Shown here one piece after another: positions 20,538 through 30,049 of a stretch of DNA of 64,000 bases; position 1 is the first letter of the stretch; each line of letters opens with the position of its first letter. Below the pieces are notes generated by a model, which saw only the letters and a list, made by a program, of their open reading frames with translations, was not told where the DNA came from and ran no database searches. Source of the stretch: a candidate division WOR-3 bacterium (GTDB lineage Bacteria > Hydrothermota > Hydrothermia > LBFQ01); assembly GCA_039802605.1 (NCBI GenBank), contig JBDRWW010000006.1, positions 1 to 64,000 of the forward strand, read 5' to 3'. The position numbers were made by a program, and so were the translations under genes.

Positions 20538-20880
20538 ATTTCATCCTCTCCTTTTTCCTTGCATCACGCGTAAGCATTCCTTCTTTCTTAAACTTTTCCT
20601 TTAAACTCTCGTCAAGTTTTAATAAAGCCTTTGCAAGGGCGTACCTCATCGCTCCCGCTTGACCCGATAATCCCCCACCGTCAAGCCTAACCTTAACATC
20701 AACCACATCTTTGAGTTCGGATATTTCAAGGGGTTTTAGTGCCCATATTACGAGGTCTTTTCTCTTAAAGTATTCTTCGGGGGATTTTCCGTTGACAAAA
20801 ACCTTTCCCGTACCCCTCTTTACAAGGGTTACCCTTGCAACCGCACTTTTTCTACCACCTGAAACCTGTATAACATCCAT
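20491..20880 (-). CDS. rpsI: 30S ribosomal protein S9
   Basis: GGRKSAVARV, GGGLSGQAGA and QYTKR terminus. Confidence 0.98.
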   Translation of the reverse strand: MDVIQVSGGRKSAVARVTLVKRGTGKVFVNGKSPEEYFKRKDLVIWALKPLEISELKDVVDVKVRLDGGGLSGQAGAMRYALAKALLKLDESLKEKFKKEGMLTRDARKKERMKYGKTKRRRSWQYTKR

Positions 20881-20890
20881 AATTGCCTTC

Positions 20891-21328
20891 CTATATGTTT
20901 AAATTCAGAACTTCCGGTTTTTGTGCCGCGTGGGGATGGGTGTTTCCGGCATATATCTTTAACCTTTTTAGTCTCTTTTGCCTCAGGCGGTTTGCCGGTA
21001 GCATCCTTTTAACGGCTAGATATATCACCCTTTCGGGATGATGTTGCAACATCCATTCAAGGGTTTTTTCCTTTAAACCGGATGGATATCCCGAATGCCA
21101 CCTGTAAATCTTTTTTTCCAATTTCTTACCCGTAACGGCTACTTTTTCGGCATTTATAACTATAACGAAATCCCCGCAATCCGCATGTGGAGTATATTGA
21201 GGTTTATGCTTTCCCGTTAAGATTTTGGCTATTTCCGAAGCAAGCCTACCCAAAACTTTGCCCTCCGCATCAACTAGCCACCATTTTCTTACAACATCTT
21301 CCTTTCTCAATGAAGGCGTGATTTTCAA
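20891..21328 (-). CDS. rplM: 50S ribosomal protein L13 (TTG start after AAGGAGG)
   Basis: [15 protein letters not shown] and [15 protein letters not shown] motifs. Confidence 0.97.
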   Translation of the reverse strand: MKITPSLRKEDVVRKWWLVDAEGKVLGRLASEIAKILTGKHKPQYTPHADCGDFVIVINAEKVAVTGKKLEKKIYRWHSGYPSGLKEKTLEWMLQHHPERVIYLAVKRMLPANRLRQKRLKRLKIYAGNTHPHAAQKPEVLNLNI

Positions 21329-21410
21329 TTTTCCCCTCCTTTTTTGAGTGGGTATTATAAGGGTGAAAACGATGGCGGTAATCAATTTAAAAGCCTTTGA
21401 GGGAGATGTC

Positions 21411-22202
21411 CTATGCCACCCAAAGGGGTATTATCGCCAATACGGTTGTAAGTTTTAAAACCTTCCTGAGAGCCGAATATTTCCGCCAATATACCAACCA
21501 ACCAAAAGTCCATAGTGGTCCATTTACCAATAAAAAAACGCCTATGCCATAATAAAGGGAATATCCAGTAAAAACGGGCAAAATGTCCAAAACCGTTAAA
21601 ACCATTATCCCAACGAATATTAGATGTTGGATTTTACTTTCGGCCAAGACATGCGCTATGGTTTTCCTTTGAATTTCATCGCCTTTTTTGTCTTCCAAAC
21701 TCTTTACAATCTCCCTTAACAATTGTAGGTATGCGCCTAAGAAGGCGGCCGGTATTACCCTAAGAATGTTCTCTGGGTTTGCCCCGTACAAAAATGCCAA
21801 AAATACAACAAAGGAAACCGATAAATTTCCCAAAAGCGGCACGGACTTTAATTCCAAATTATATAGTATTCCAATAAACATTGCCAAAGAACCTATCATT
21901 AAGGCCCAATAGGAGTGCTTTGCGGAGAAATAAAGGCTTAGGATCAAGCACACAACGGAAAGCATAAAGGCATCCAGAGGGGTGGCTTCACCGGTAATAA
22001 GGGGTTTGTTTGGGTGATTAACCCTATCAACCTCTATATCCGATATATCGTTGGTTATGTTGATAAAGGAGGATATGAAAAAGGCTCCCAAAACCAAATA
22101 AAACACCTTAAAAAAATCCCCGTATGTTATCTTTGTTGATACTATTACCACCAATGCCGCTATTAATCCGTTAAGCGGACGGGCTAACCTTATTTGTCCC
22201 AT
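21411..22202 (-). CDS. UbiA-family prenyltransferase, DGGGP-synthase-like
   Basis: [24 protein letters not shown]...LGN and [13 protein letters not shown] motifs. Confidence 0.8.
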   Translation of the reverse strand: MGQIRLARPLNGLIAALVVIVSTKITYGDFFKVFYLVLGAFFISSFINITNDISDIEVDRVNHPNKPLITGEATPLDAFMLSVVCLILSLYFSAKHSYWALMIGSLAMFIGILYNLELKSVPLLGNLSVSFVVFLAFLYGANPENILRVIPAAFLGAYLQLLREIVKSLEDKKGDEIQRKTIAHVLAESKIQHLIFVGIMVLTVLDILPVFTGYSLYYGIGVFLLVNGPLWTFGWLVYWRKYSALRKVLKLTTVLAIIPLWVA

Positions 22203-22959
22203 ATATCCTTATAAACATCACTAACCCCAAGATCATCAAAACTATTGCTATCCACTGGTTAAATGTTAAAGGCAATCCAAAAGGGTAAGCATTCGGTTCG
22301 TAATGCCGGGTAAAATCCACCAAAAACCTAACAAAAGGGGTGAATATTAACGCCAAGGAACCCACCAAACCGGCTTTTTTAACCCCAAATTTCCGCAATA
22401 ATATCAAATATACCAAAAATAGTATTGCATCCCCTACGGATTCGTATATTTGGGATGGATGTACGGGAACCCCTCCGAATTCAATATAGGGCTCGCTACC
22501 TTCCGGAAAGATTACTCCAAAGGGGAGACTTGTGGGTTTTCCATAACAACATCCGTTAAAGAAACACCCCCACCTACCTATTGCTATACCGAGCGTTATC
22601 CCTGGAATTGCCGCGTCCAAAGTAGCCCAAAAGTTCCATTTCTCCTTATGTATAAACCATAAAACCGGTATAACGCCAAAAAGTATCCCGTAAAAGGTCA
22701 TACCACCTTTCCATATGGCAAAAATCTCCGTAGGGTTTAGACTATAATAATCCCAATGCTGTATAACGAAAAACACCCTAGCCCCTACAACGCCGAAAAT
22801 CATCGCCCATATCGCCACATCCCAAACCCTGTCCTTTGAAATTCCAAATTTACTTAAATGATTAGATGCAAACCAGACCCCAGCCAAAAATCCCAACAGA
22901 ACCAAAACCCCATATGTCCTAATCTCAATACCACCTATTTCAAAAAGAATGGGATGCAT
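22171..22959 (-). CDS. lgt: Prolipoprotein diacylglyceryl transferase
   Basis: GAR, IWKGGMTFYG, GRWGCFFNGCCYG and HPSQIYE motifs. Confidence 0.96.
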   Translation of the reverse strand: MHPILFEIGGIEIRTYGVLVLLGFLAGVWFASNHLSKFGISKDRVWDVAIWAMIFGVVGARVFFVIQHWDYYSLNPTEIFAIWKGGMTFYGILFGVIPVLWFIHKEKWNFWATLDAAIPGITLGIAIGRWGCFFNGCCYGKPTSLPFGVIFPEGSEPYIEFGGVPVHPSQIYESVGDAILFLVYLILLRKFGVKKAGLVGSLALIFTPFVRFLVDFTRHYEPNAYPFGLPLTFNQWIAIVLMILGLVMFIRIYGTNKVSPSA

Positions 22960-23019
22960 AAGGGTAGCATTCTAAGGCCGAGTAATTGAAGGTTTTCCGA
23001 GCGTATAATACTTGCCGTA

Positions 23020-25449
23020 ATGGGAGATATTTTTGTCGGGATAGATGCGCATACGGTTGCTTATAGGGGATTTTACGCTTTTAAGGATACTCCTTTAAGA
23101 AATTCAAAGGGGTTAAATACCTCTGCGGTTTATTACTTTTATACTTTGGTAAAGGATATACTTAGGCAGATAAGACCCAAATATATGCTAGTGGCTTTTG
23201 ACAGTCCGAGCCCCACATTCAGGCACAAAATTTTAACATACTACAAGGCAAACAGGCCCCCACAGCCGGATGAATTAAGGCCACAAATAAGAATAATAAA
23301 GGAACTTGCCGAAGCCATGGGTATAAAAACCTATGCCAAGGAAGGCTTTGAAGCCGATGACATTTTGGGTTCTGTTGCGGTTAAGTTTAGGGAAAAGGGC
23401 ATTCGTTCAATACTAGTAACGACGGATAAGGATGTAATGGCCTTGGTGGATGATTACATAAGGGTTATGGATATATCAACAAAGGACAATATAATACTTG
23501 ATGCCGAAAAAATCGAGAAAAAGTTCGGTGTTAAACCCCAACAATTACCGGATTACCTATTACTCGTTGGTGATAGCGCAGACAACATTCCAGGTATAAA
23601 AGGCATAGGGAAGAAAACGGCTATTGAATTACTACAAAAATTCGGCTCCTTGGAAGAAATCCTTAAAAGCCTGCACAAACTCCCCCAAAAACTTGTCATC
23701 GCCTTAAAGGAAGAGGGGGAAAGGATAACAAAGTTAAGGGAAGTTTATTCCCTAAGGTTTGATGCCTTTGACGGGAAATTAGAAGACCTAAGTGTTGGAA
23801 AACCCCAAAGGGAAAAGTTGGTTGATATATTGAGGGAATTGGAGTTTTTCTCGGCTTTGAGCGATATAGCGGAATATCCCAAAATACCCGAAATTAAACC
23901 CTTTAAAGGTGAGGAATTTAAGTCCGTTGGCTTTGATGGTAAGTTTTATTTCAGCGATGGTGAAAACATTTATACCGTTGAGGAAATTAAACCCGAAGTT
24001 ATCGGTAATAAATACTGCATTAACTCAAAGGAAATATACAAAGTTTTTCCGAATGCGGGAATTTTATACGACCTATCCATTGGAGATTACCTATTACTAC
24101 CGGAGATTGAAGAAATGGGGAAGGATAGGCACAATTTGGAATCTTTGGCTTTGAAGTATAAGGCCTGGAAACCCGTTTCACCCTTGGGCGCCTTTTCCGC
24201 GTACCTATCCGCACAAATAGGGGATTACATAGCGGAAAGGTTGAAAGGGGAAAACCTTTGGGATATTTATGTGAATTTAGATCTTCCTTTAAGTATGGTT
24301 TTGGCATATATGGAAAACAATGGGGTTATGGTTTCCATTGATAGGTTGGAAGAGTTGGGGAAAGAATTGAACAAAGAAATTAAAAGGCTCGAAGAGGAAA
24401 TATATAACCTCTCGGGGGTAAGGTTTAACCTGAACTCTCCCAAACAATTGGCACATATTCTATTTGAAAGGCTAAAACTCCCACCCGTTAAGAAGACAAA
24501 AACCGGATATTCAACGGATGTTGAGGTTTTAACGGAATTATCAAAACTCCACCCCTTACCCGCGAAGATTTTGGAATACAGGGAATTGTTCAAACTAAAA
24601 TCCACATATATAGAAGCCTTAGTAAAGTATGTTCAAAGAGATGGAAGGATTCACCCAACCTTTTCCCAAACAACTACGGCAACGGGAAGGTTATCATGCT
24701 TTAATCCAAACTTACAGAATATACCCGTTAGGGGGATTTGGGGTAAGAAGTTAAGGGAAGCCTTTGTATGCCCAAAGGGTTATAAACTCGTATCCTTGGA
24801 CTATTCTCAAATTGAACTCAGAATTCTGGCGCATCTGAGCGGGGATGAAAACCTTAAAAGGATATTTTACGAGGGTAGGGATATACATTTGGAAACCGCG
24901 AAGGCGCTGTTTGGTAAAGAGGAGATAAAAGACGACGAAAGGAGGGTGGCAAAAACGGTGAATTTTGGAATAATTTACGGTATAAGCCCTTATGGGTTAT
25001 CAAAGGCCATAGGTGTGGATTACGAAATTGCCGATAGGATGATAAAGGCATATTACGAGAGGTTTCCGGGGGTAAAGAGGTGGCAGGAAAAAATTATTGA
25101 ATTTGCAAGGGAAAACGGATATGTTCAAACGCTTATGGGTAGGAGGAGATACATATTCGTAGATCCAAAAATAAACGATGCTTATAGGAGGATAACCATA
25201 AACACCCCGGTTCAGGGTTCCGCCGCCGATATGATAAAGAAGGCGATGATAGATATATACGGGTATATTAAGGGGAAGAAAAGCAAAATGGTTTTACAGG
25301 TGCACGATGAATTGCTCTTTGAAATTGCGGAAGAAGAATTGGGAATAATTGAAGATTTAAAGAACCTTATGGAAAATGCCATAAAGTTGGATGTCCCCGT
25401 AGTTGTGGATGTTGGCATAGGCGATAATTGGGCGGAGGCAAAACCTTAA
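23020..25449 (+). CDS. polA: DNA polymerase I (3'-5' exonuclease domain appears degenerate)
   Basis: EADD, GDSADNIPG, TGRLS, DYSQIELR, AKTVNFGIIYG and QVHDEL motifs. Confidence 0.97.
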   Translation: MGDIFVGIDAHTVAYRGFYAFKDTPLRNSKGLNTSAVYYFYTLVKDILRQIRPKYMLVAFDSPSPTFRHKILTYYKANRPPQPDELRPQIRIIKELAEAMGIKTYAKEGFEADDILGSVAVKFREKGIRSILVTTDKDVMALVDDYIRVMDISTKDNIILDAEKIEKKFGVKPQQLPDYLLLVGDSADNIPGIKGIGKKTAIELLQKFGSLEEILKSLHKLPQKLVIALKEEGERITKLREVYSLRFDAFDGKLEDLSVGKPQREKLVDILRELEFFSALSDIAEYPKIPEIKPFKGEEFKSVGFDGKFYFSDGENIYTVEEIKPEVIGNKYCINSKEIYKVFPNAGILYDLSIGDYLLLPEIEEMGKDRHNLESLALKYKAWKPVSPLGAFSAYLSAQIGDYIAERLKGENLWDIYVNLDLPLSMVLAYMENNGVMVSIDRLEELGKELNKEIKRLEEEIYNLSGVRFNLNSPKQLAHILFERLKLPPVKKTKTGYSTDVEVLTELSKLHPLPAKILEYRELFKLKSTYIEALVKYVQRDGRIHPTFSQTTTATGRLSCFNPNLQNIPVRGIWGKKLREAFVCPKGYKLVSLDYSQIELRILAHLSGDENLKRIFYEGRDIHLETAKALFGKEEIKDDERRVAKTVNFGIIYGISPYGLSKAIGVDYEIADRMIKAYYERFPGVKRWQEKIIEFARENGYVQTLMGRRRYIFVDPKINDAYRRITINTPVQGSAADMIKKAMIDIYGYIKGKKSKMVLQVHDELLFEIAEEELGIIEDLKNLMENAIKLDVPVVVDVGIGDNWAEAKP

Positions 25450-25602
25450 ATTTGGCACTTCCACATATTAAACCCTACAAACGGCAGGCTTGTAAATGGT
25501 TTTGATGTTTTGGCAAAAGAGGGGTTTGAGTTTGAATATGCTTCCACCCTTAGGCAATAATCCCCTTTACAAAAAACTTTTCAATATTAAAATGCTTTTC
25601 TT

Positions 25603-27258
25603 GTGGCAATAATAGCATTAATAACATCCTTGCCGCTGGAAGGCATAACCCCAAAGCCCGACAAAAGGGCTGGGGAGATATACGAGGAAGGTATAAGTAT
25701 GCTCTTCACACAGAATGTAGGGCAAATACCAAACCACGAGGTAGTTTTCTACACAATACACCCAAGCGTTGTGTATGTTCTAAGGAACGGGAAAATAAAC
25801 ATAAACGGGATAACAATAGACTTTGGTAAGGAGCCGAGGTTTATAACCGGAGATATGGAACAGATAACGAGGGTATCATACTTTGGGAACAACAAGAGCA
25901 TAAGCGGAATAGCCACATACAAGAGGGTTGTGTTAAAAGAGGTATATCCGAATGTGGATGTTATACTAACGGCAGATGGAAAAGGGGTAATAGAGTTCCA
26001 GTATATAGTAAAGCCTGGTGGCAATGTTAAGGACATAAGGGTTAAAGTTGAAGGGGAGTTGAAGGTTAAGGAAGATGGGATATATGTGGTTGAGGGTGAA
26101 AAAGAACTTGTGAAGTTAAGCGAGATAAAGGCATATCAAGGTGCGGATGAGGTTGAGGTAAGGGCGAAGGTTGAGGGTAAATACCTATCCTTTGAAGTTG
26201 GAAGGTATGACAAAAAAGAAACCCTTGTTATAGACCCATTTATATCTATAACATTTTTAAGTGATGGTGATGTTGCCCATTCCTTGGCGATAGATGGTAG
26301 TGGAAATGTTTTTGTTGCGGGATATAGTAGTAATTCCTCAAGCTTTGCGCCTAGTAGAAATTTCTTCGGTACTACCGGTTATTATTATGTCTTTGTGAGC
26401 AAGTTGAGTAATGATTTAAGCACACATATCGCTACCGCTATACTGGCTTCAAGTGGTGATGATTATGCCTATTCCGTAGCGATAGATGGAAGTGGAAATG
26501 TTTTTGTTGCGGGATATACTATGAATCCCTCAGACTTTGCACCGAGTAGAAATATCTTCGGTACTACTAATTGGGCCGATGTCTTTGTAAGCAAGTTGAG
26601 TAATGATTTAAGCGCACATATCGCTACCGCCATACTGGCTTCAAGTGGGGATGATTATGCCTATTCCTTAGCGATAGATAACAGTGGAAATGTTTTTGTT
26701 GCTGGATGGACTTTGAATTCCTCAGACTTTGCACCTAGTAGAAATGTCTTCGGTACTACTGGTTTGTGGGATGTCTTTGTAAGCAAGTTTAGTAATGATT
26801 TAAGCACACATATCGCTACCGCTATACTGACTTCAAGTGGTGATGATTATGCCCGTTCCTTAGCGATAGATATAAGTGGAAATGTTTTTGTTGTGGGATA
26901 TACTTATAATTCCTCAGACTTTGCACCGAGTAGAAATGTCTTCGGTACTACTGGTTCATGGGATGTCTTTGTGAGCAAGTTGAGTAATGATTTAAGAAAA
27001 CATATTGCTACCGCTATACTGACTTCAAGTGATGGTGATTATGCCTATTCCTTAGCGATAGATGGAAGTGGCAATGTTTTTGTTGCTGGGGCAACTGGTA
27101 ATTCCTCAGACTTTGCACCGAGTAGAAATGTCTTCGGTACCATACGGAAGGAAATGGTACTGGGTTGCTTGGCTGCCTTTGCACCAATTATAAATGTCTT
27201 CAGTACTATCGGTTCTCCTGATGCCTTTGTTATTAGGTTATCCAACGAATTGAAATAA
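25603..27258 (+). CDS. SBBP-repeat beta-propeller protein with DUF7948-like N-domain
   Basis: FTQNVGQ, LKEVYPNVD, IKAYQG and LVIDP, then 64-aa repeats (AIDGSGNVFVAG). Confidence 0.85.
   Translation: MAIIALITSLPLEGITPKPDKRAGEIYEEGISMLFTQNVGQIPNHEVVFYTIHPSVVYVLRNGKININGITIDFGKEPRFITGDMEQITRVSYFGNNKSISGIATYKRVVLKEVYPNVDVILTADGKGVIEFQYIVKPGGNVKDIRVKVEGELKVKEDGIYVVEGEKELVKLSEIKAYQGADEVEVRAKVEGKYLSFEVGRYDKKETLVIDPFISITFLSDGDVAHSLAIDGSGNVFVAGYSSNSSSFAPSRNFFGTTGYYYVFVSKLSNDLSTHIATAILASSGDDYAYSVAIDGSGNVFVAGYTMNPSDFAPSRNIFGTTNWADVFVSKLSNDLSAHIATAILASSGDDYAYSLAIDNSGNVFVAGWTLNSSDFAPSRNVFGTTGLWDVFVSKFSNDLSTHIATAILTSSGDDYARSLAIDISGNVFVVGYTYNSSDFAPSRNVFGTTGSWDVFVSKLSNDLRKHIATAILTSSDGDYAYSLAIDGSGNVFVAGATGNSSDFAPSRNVFGTIRKEMVLGCLAAFAPIINVFSTIGSPDAFVIRLSNELK
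26269..27140 (+). repeat. About 4.5 intragenic tandem repeats of 192 bp
   Basis: Units start at 26269, 26461, 26653, 26845 and 27037 and are highly similar at DNA level. Confidence 0.95.
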
Positions 27259-27381
27259 CCTTTAATTTGGATGTTAAAAGAGGCATAAGGATAGGCGATA
27301 AAGTTGAGAAATTTAAGGGGGTGTTTTAAAAGTTTGCGCATTCTTTGGTGAAATTTTTACAACCTTATAATACTTACCTGC

Positions 27382-27465
27382 GCCGGGGTGGCGGAATTGG
27401 CAGACGCGCATGGTTGAGGGCCATGTGGGGGCAACCCCGTGCGGGTTCAAGTCCCGCCCCCGGCA
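27382..27465 (+). tRNA. tRNA-Leu (GAG), CCA not encoded
   Basis: GCCGGGG/CCCCGGC acceptor stem, CATGG-TTGAGGG-CCATG anticodon arm, long variable arm, GGTTCAAGTCC. Confidence 0.96.
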
Positions 27466-27466
27466 T

Positions 27467-27823
27467 TTGAAAAAAATCGCTTTCTTTTTTATAAGCCTTA
27501 TGTTAGTCATCGGTTATATACTTTTTGCGGCTGCCACAAATTATTCGTACTATTTAGAGGCAAACGAGATTACCGAAAAATACGCTAACAAAAAGGTAAA
27601 GGTCTCCGGTGTAGCATTCAACATTGATAAAAATGGTAGGGATGTAAGGTTTTTCATTCAAAAGAACGGCAAGGGTGTGTTTGTAAAGTATATGGGTGCT
27701 ACACCCGATGCGTTTGGTGAAGGTGTTCCAGTTGTGGTTGAAGGAACGTATAAAAACGACACTATATTCGCCCAGACATTATTAACAAAATGTCCTTCAA
27801 AGTACGAGTCCGCAGAGAGATAA
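27467..27823 (+). CDS. ccmE: Cytochrome c maturation heme chaperone CcmE (CxxxY variant)
   Basis: N-terminal TM, Y.GATPDAF.EG..VVVEG and LLTKCPSKY; TTG start inferred. Confidence 0.88.
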   Translation: MKKIAFFFISLMLVIGYILFAAATNYSYYLEANEITEKYANKKVKVSGVAFNIDKNGRDVRFFIQKNGKGVFVKYMGATPDAFGEGVPVVVEGTYKNDTIFAQTLLTKCPSKYESAER

Positions 27824-28608
27824 TAACATCTCTCTTTTTAATCCTTTCCTGTTCAAAACCCTCTGAAATTGAAAGGATAAATTATAGAGTTTTTGTTGAG
27901 GTTGATACCGTTAAATTCGGAATACTTAAAAAAACCTTTAAGGTTTGGTGTTATGCGAAGCCTACGAATGTTATAAGCATAGTTTCGGATGTTGAAGGCA
28001 TTATAAATAAGGTTTATATAATTCCAGGGCAGTGGATAAAAAAGGGTGATACAATGGCAAAGGTTTATAAGGGGCCTATATATAAAGAAATACCGATAAT
28101 TTCCCCTTCATCCGGAAGGGTTGAAGATGTTTTCATTAGCGAGGGCTCGCCGGTGAATGTCGGTAGTATAATTGGGATAATATCAGGGGGTGGAAATGAG
28201 GTTGTTTTATATATTCCTTTGAATTATAGAAAAGCCGTAAAAGGGGGTACAAAGTTTTTGTTGGATAATAAAGAGGGGAAAATCTTATACATTTCCAACA
28301 TCCCAAACGATAGTATTCTATCCTATGTTGCAAAGGGCAGAGTAAATACTTACATTTATCCCGGTGCTTATTTATGCGATGTCATAAAAGAAGAAACGGA
28401 TAAGGTTTTATATGTTAAGAAAAGTGCCATAATCGGCGATTCAGTGATCTTTAAGGTATCGGGAAATAAGGTTAAATCAATAAGGGTTAAGCCCATATTT
28501 GAGGATGATAACGGGAATGTCGCCGTTTTGTCGGATTTAAAGGTTGGTGATACGGTTGTGGTATTGGGTGGGGAAATGCTAAGCGATACTATGGAAGTGG
28601 TTTATTAA
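27790..28608 (+). CDS. Efflux RND periplasmic adaptor (MFP)-like lipoprotein; start uncertain
   Basis: LILSC lipobox, lipoyl-like halves (GQWIKKGD, IISPSSGRV) and LKVGDTVVVLG. Confidence 0.7.
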   Translation: MSFKVRVRREIITSLFLILSCSKPSEIERINYRVFVEVDTVKFGILKKTFKVWCYAKPTNVISIVSDVEGIINKVYIIPGQWIKKGDTMAKVYKGPIYKEIPIISPSSGRVEDVFISEGSPVNVGSIIGIISGGGNEVVLYIPLNYRKAVKGGTKFLLDNKEGKILYISNIPNDSILSYVAKGRVNTYIYPGAYLCDVIKEETDKVLYVKKSAIIGDSVIFKVSGNKVKSIRVKPIFEDDNGNVAVLSDLKVGDTVVVLGGEMLSDTMEVVY

Positions 28609-28641
28609 TCATCATCCTTAGAATTTACGACTAAGGTTTAA

Positions 28642-29967
28642 ATGAAATACATATCCGTAATGTTTTTAAGCGATCTCTTAGCCGTGCTTATATCCGTGGT
28701 TCTGGCGTTCTTAATAAAGTTTAGGGGAAACTATATGTTGGAATTGCAAAGGGATAGGTGGATTGAGGGTTTATTGATAGTTCTATCCCTTATGCTAATA
28801 TTCGTAATGAAAAGGCTTTATATACAAAGGAGGCTGTTCTTTGATGAGCTAAGGGAAATCTTGGAGGGTGTATTCTTAGCATTCCTGTTGATATTTGCGT
28901 ATTTTGCCTTTGCGAAGGGAGACCCGGATTATTCAAGGATGTACACGAGTTTATCGTTGATATTTTCCGTAGTTTTTGTTCCCGCTTTTAGGGCTATAAC
29001 CAAAAAACTTTTAAGGGATTTTATATCGGAAGATGTTTTAGTTCTCAAAGGTCCCGAATGTGAAAAGGTGTTCAACTTTTTGCAAAAAAACTGGTATTTA
29101 TCTTATAAACCGGTAGGTTTGGTTGATATTCAAGATTTGGATAAGTGGGTTGGCAAAGTTGGGAATGTGGTAATTCCCAAAATACCGTTTTTATCGGAAT
29201 TTACCACAGAATTGGCGGAAATAAGCATAAACTTTAAAAGGATATTCTTCTCCCCGGATATTGGAGGAATACCCTTTATGAACAGGATATTCCACTTTGA
29301 CCCATCTTACAACCTTCCTTTGGTTGAAACGTATTTTATAGGCTTGGACCCCATAAACTCTTTTTTAAAACGGTTATTTGATATAGTTTTTTCGGCCACC
29401 GTGTTAATAACACTATCGCCCCTCCTTATTATAATCGCAATCCTGATAAAATTAACATCAAAAGGCCCGGTTATATACAAGCACAAGCGGATGGGAAAAA
29501 ACGGAAAGGAATTTTATCTTTACAAGTTTAGAACAATGTACGAAAATGCCGATAAAATGTTAGAGGATATTTTGAAAAAGGATGAAAAGTCTCGGAAGTT
29601 GTGGGAAAGTAGGAGGAAATTGCCAAACGACCCTAGGATAACACCTATTGGGAGGATTTTAAGAAAGTTTTCATTAGACGAATTGCCCCAATTCTTCAAC
29701 GTTTTAAAGGGTGATATGAGCGTTGTGGGACCAAGGCCAGCACCAAAGGATGAGATAGAAAAGTATCATGGAAAATTCTCAAAGTATTACTTTATGGTAA
29801 GGCCGGGAATAACCGGGCTTTGGCAGGTTAGCGGTAGGAGTGATACGGATTACGAAATGCGGGTTAAGCTTGACCTAATTTATATTTTAAATCAATCCTT
29901 TTGGCTGGATATCGTTATAATATTTAAAACCGTAATAGTGGTCTTGAAGGGGGAGGGTGCGTACTGA
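28642..29967 (+). CDS. Polyprenyl-phosphate sugar phosphotransferase (WbaP/WcaJ family)
   Basis: LKRLFD, KFRTM, DPRIT, SLDELPQFFNVLKGDMSVVGPRP and PGITGLWQVSGRS motifs. Confidence 0.95.
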   Translation: MKYISVMFLSDLLAVLISVVLAFLIKFRGNYMLELQRDRWIEGLLIVLSLMLIFVMKRLYIQRRLFFDELREILEGVFLAFLLIFAYFAFAKGDPDYSRMYTSLSLIFSVVFVPAFRAITKKLLRDFISEDVLVLKGPECEKVFNFLQKNWYLSYKPVGLVDIQDLDKWVGKVGNVVIPKIPFLSEFTTELAEISINFKRIFFSPDIGGIPFMNRIFHFDPSYNLPLVETYFIGLDPINSFLKRLFDIVFSATVLITLSPLLIIIAILIKLTSKGPVIYKHKRMGKNGKEFYLYKFRTMYENADKMLEDILKKDEKSRKLWESRRKLPNDPRITPIGRILRKFSLDELPQFFNVLKGDMSVVGPRPAPKDEIEKYHGKFSKYYFMVRPGITGLWQVSGRSDTDYEMRVKLDLIYILNQSFWLDIVIIFKTVIVVLKGEGAY

Positions 29968-30049
29968 TTAGCTTGAAAAACGGCTTAAAAAGTGTAGGGG
30001 GTTAATATCATTCCCCAAAACAAATCACTCGAATATATAATTCCCGTAT

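Noticed and set aside
26269..27140. 192-bp repeats as a CRISPR array or DGR template/variable pair
   Set aside because: They are in-frame coding repeats without spacers, the variation is not adenine-specific, and no cas or reverse transcriptase gene is in the window.
27410..27466. ORF-track N-terminal extensions of ccmE (27410), rpmG (62619) and nusG (62929)
   Set aside because: They run through tRNA genes or secE, so the downstream starts are more plausible.
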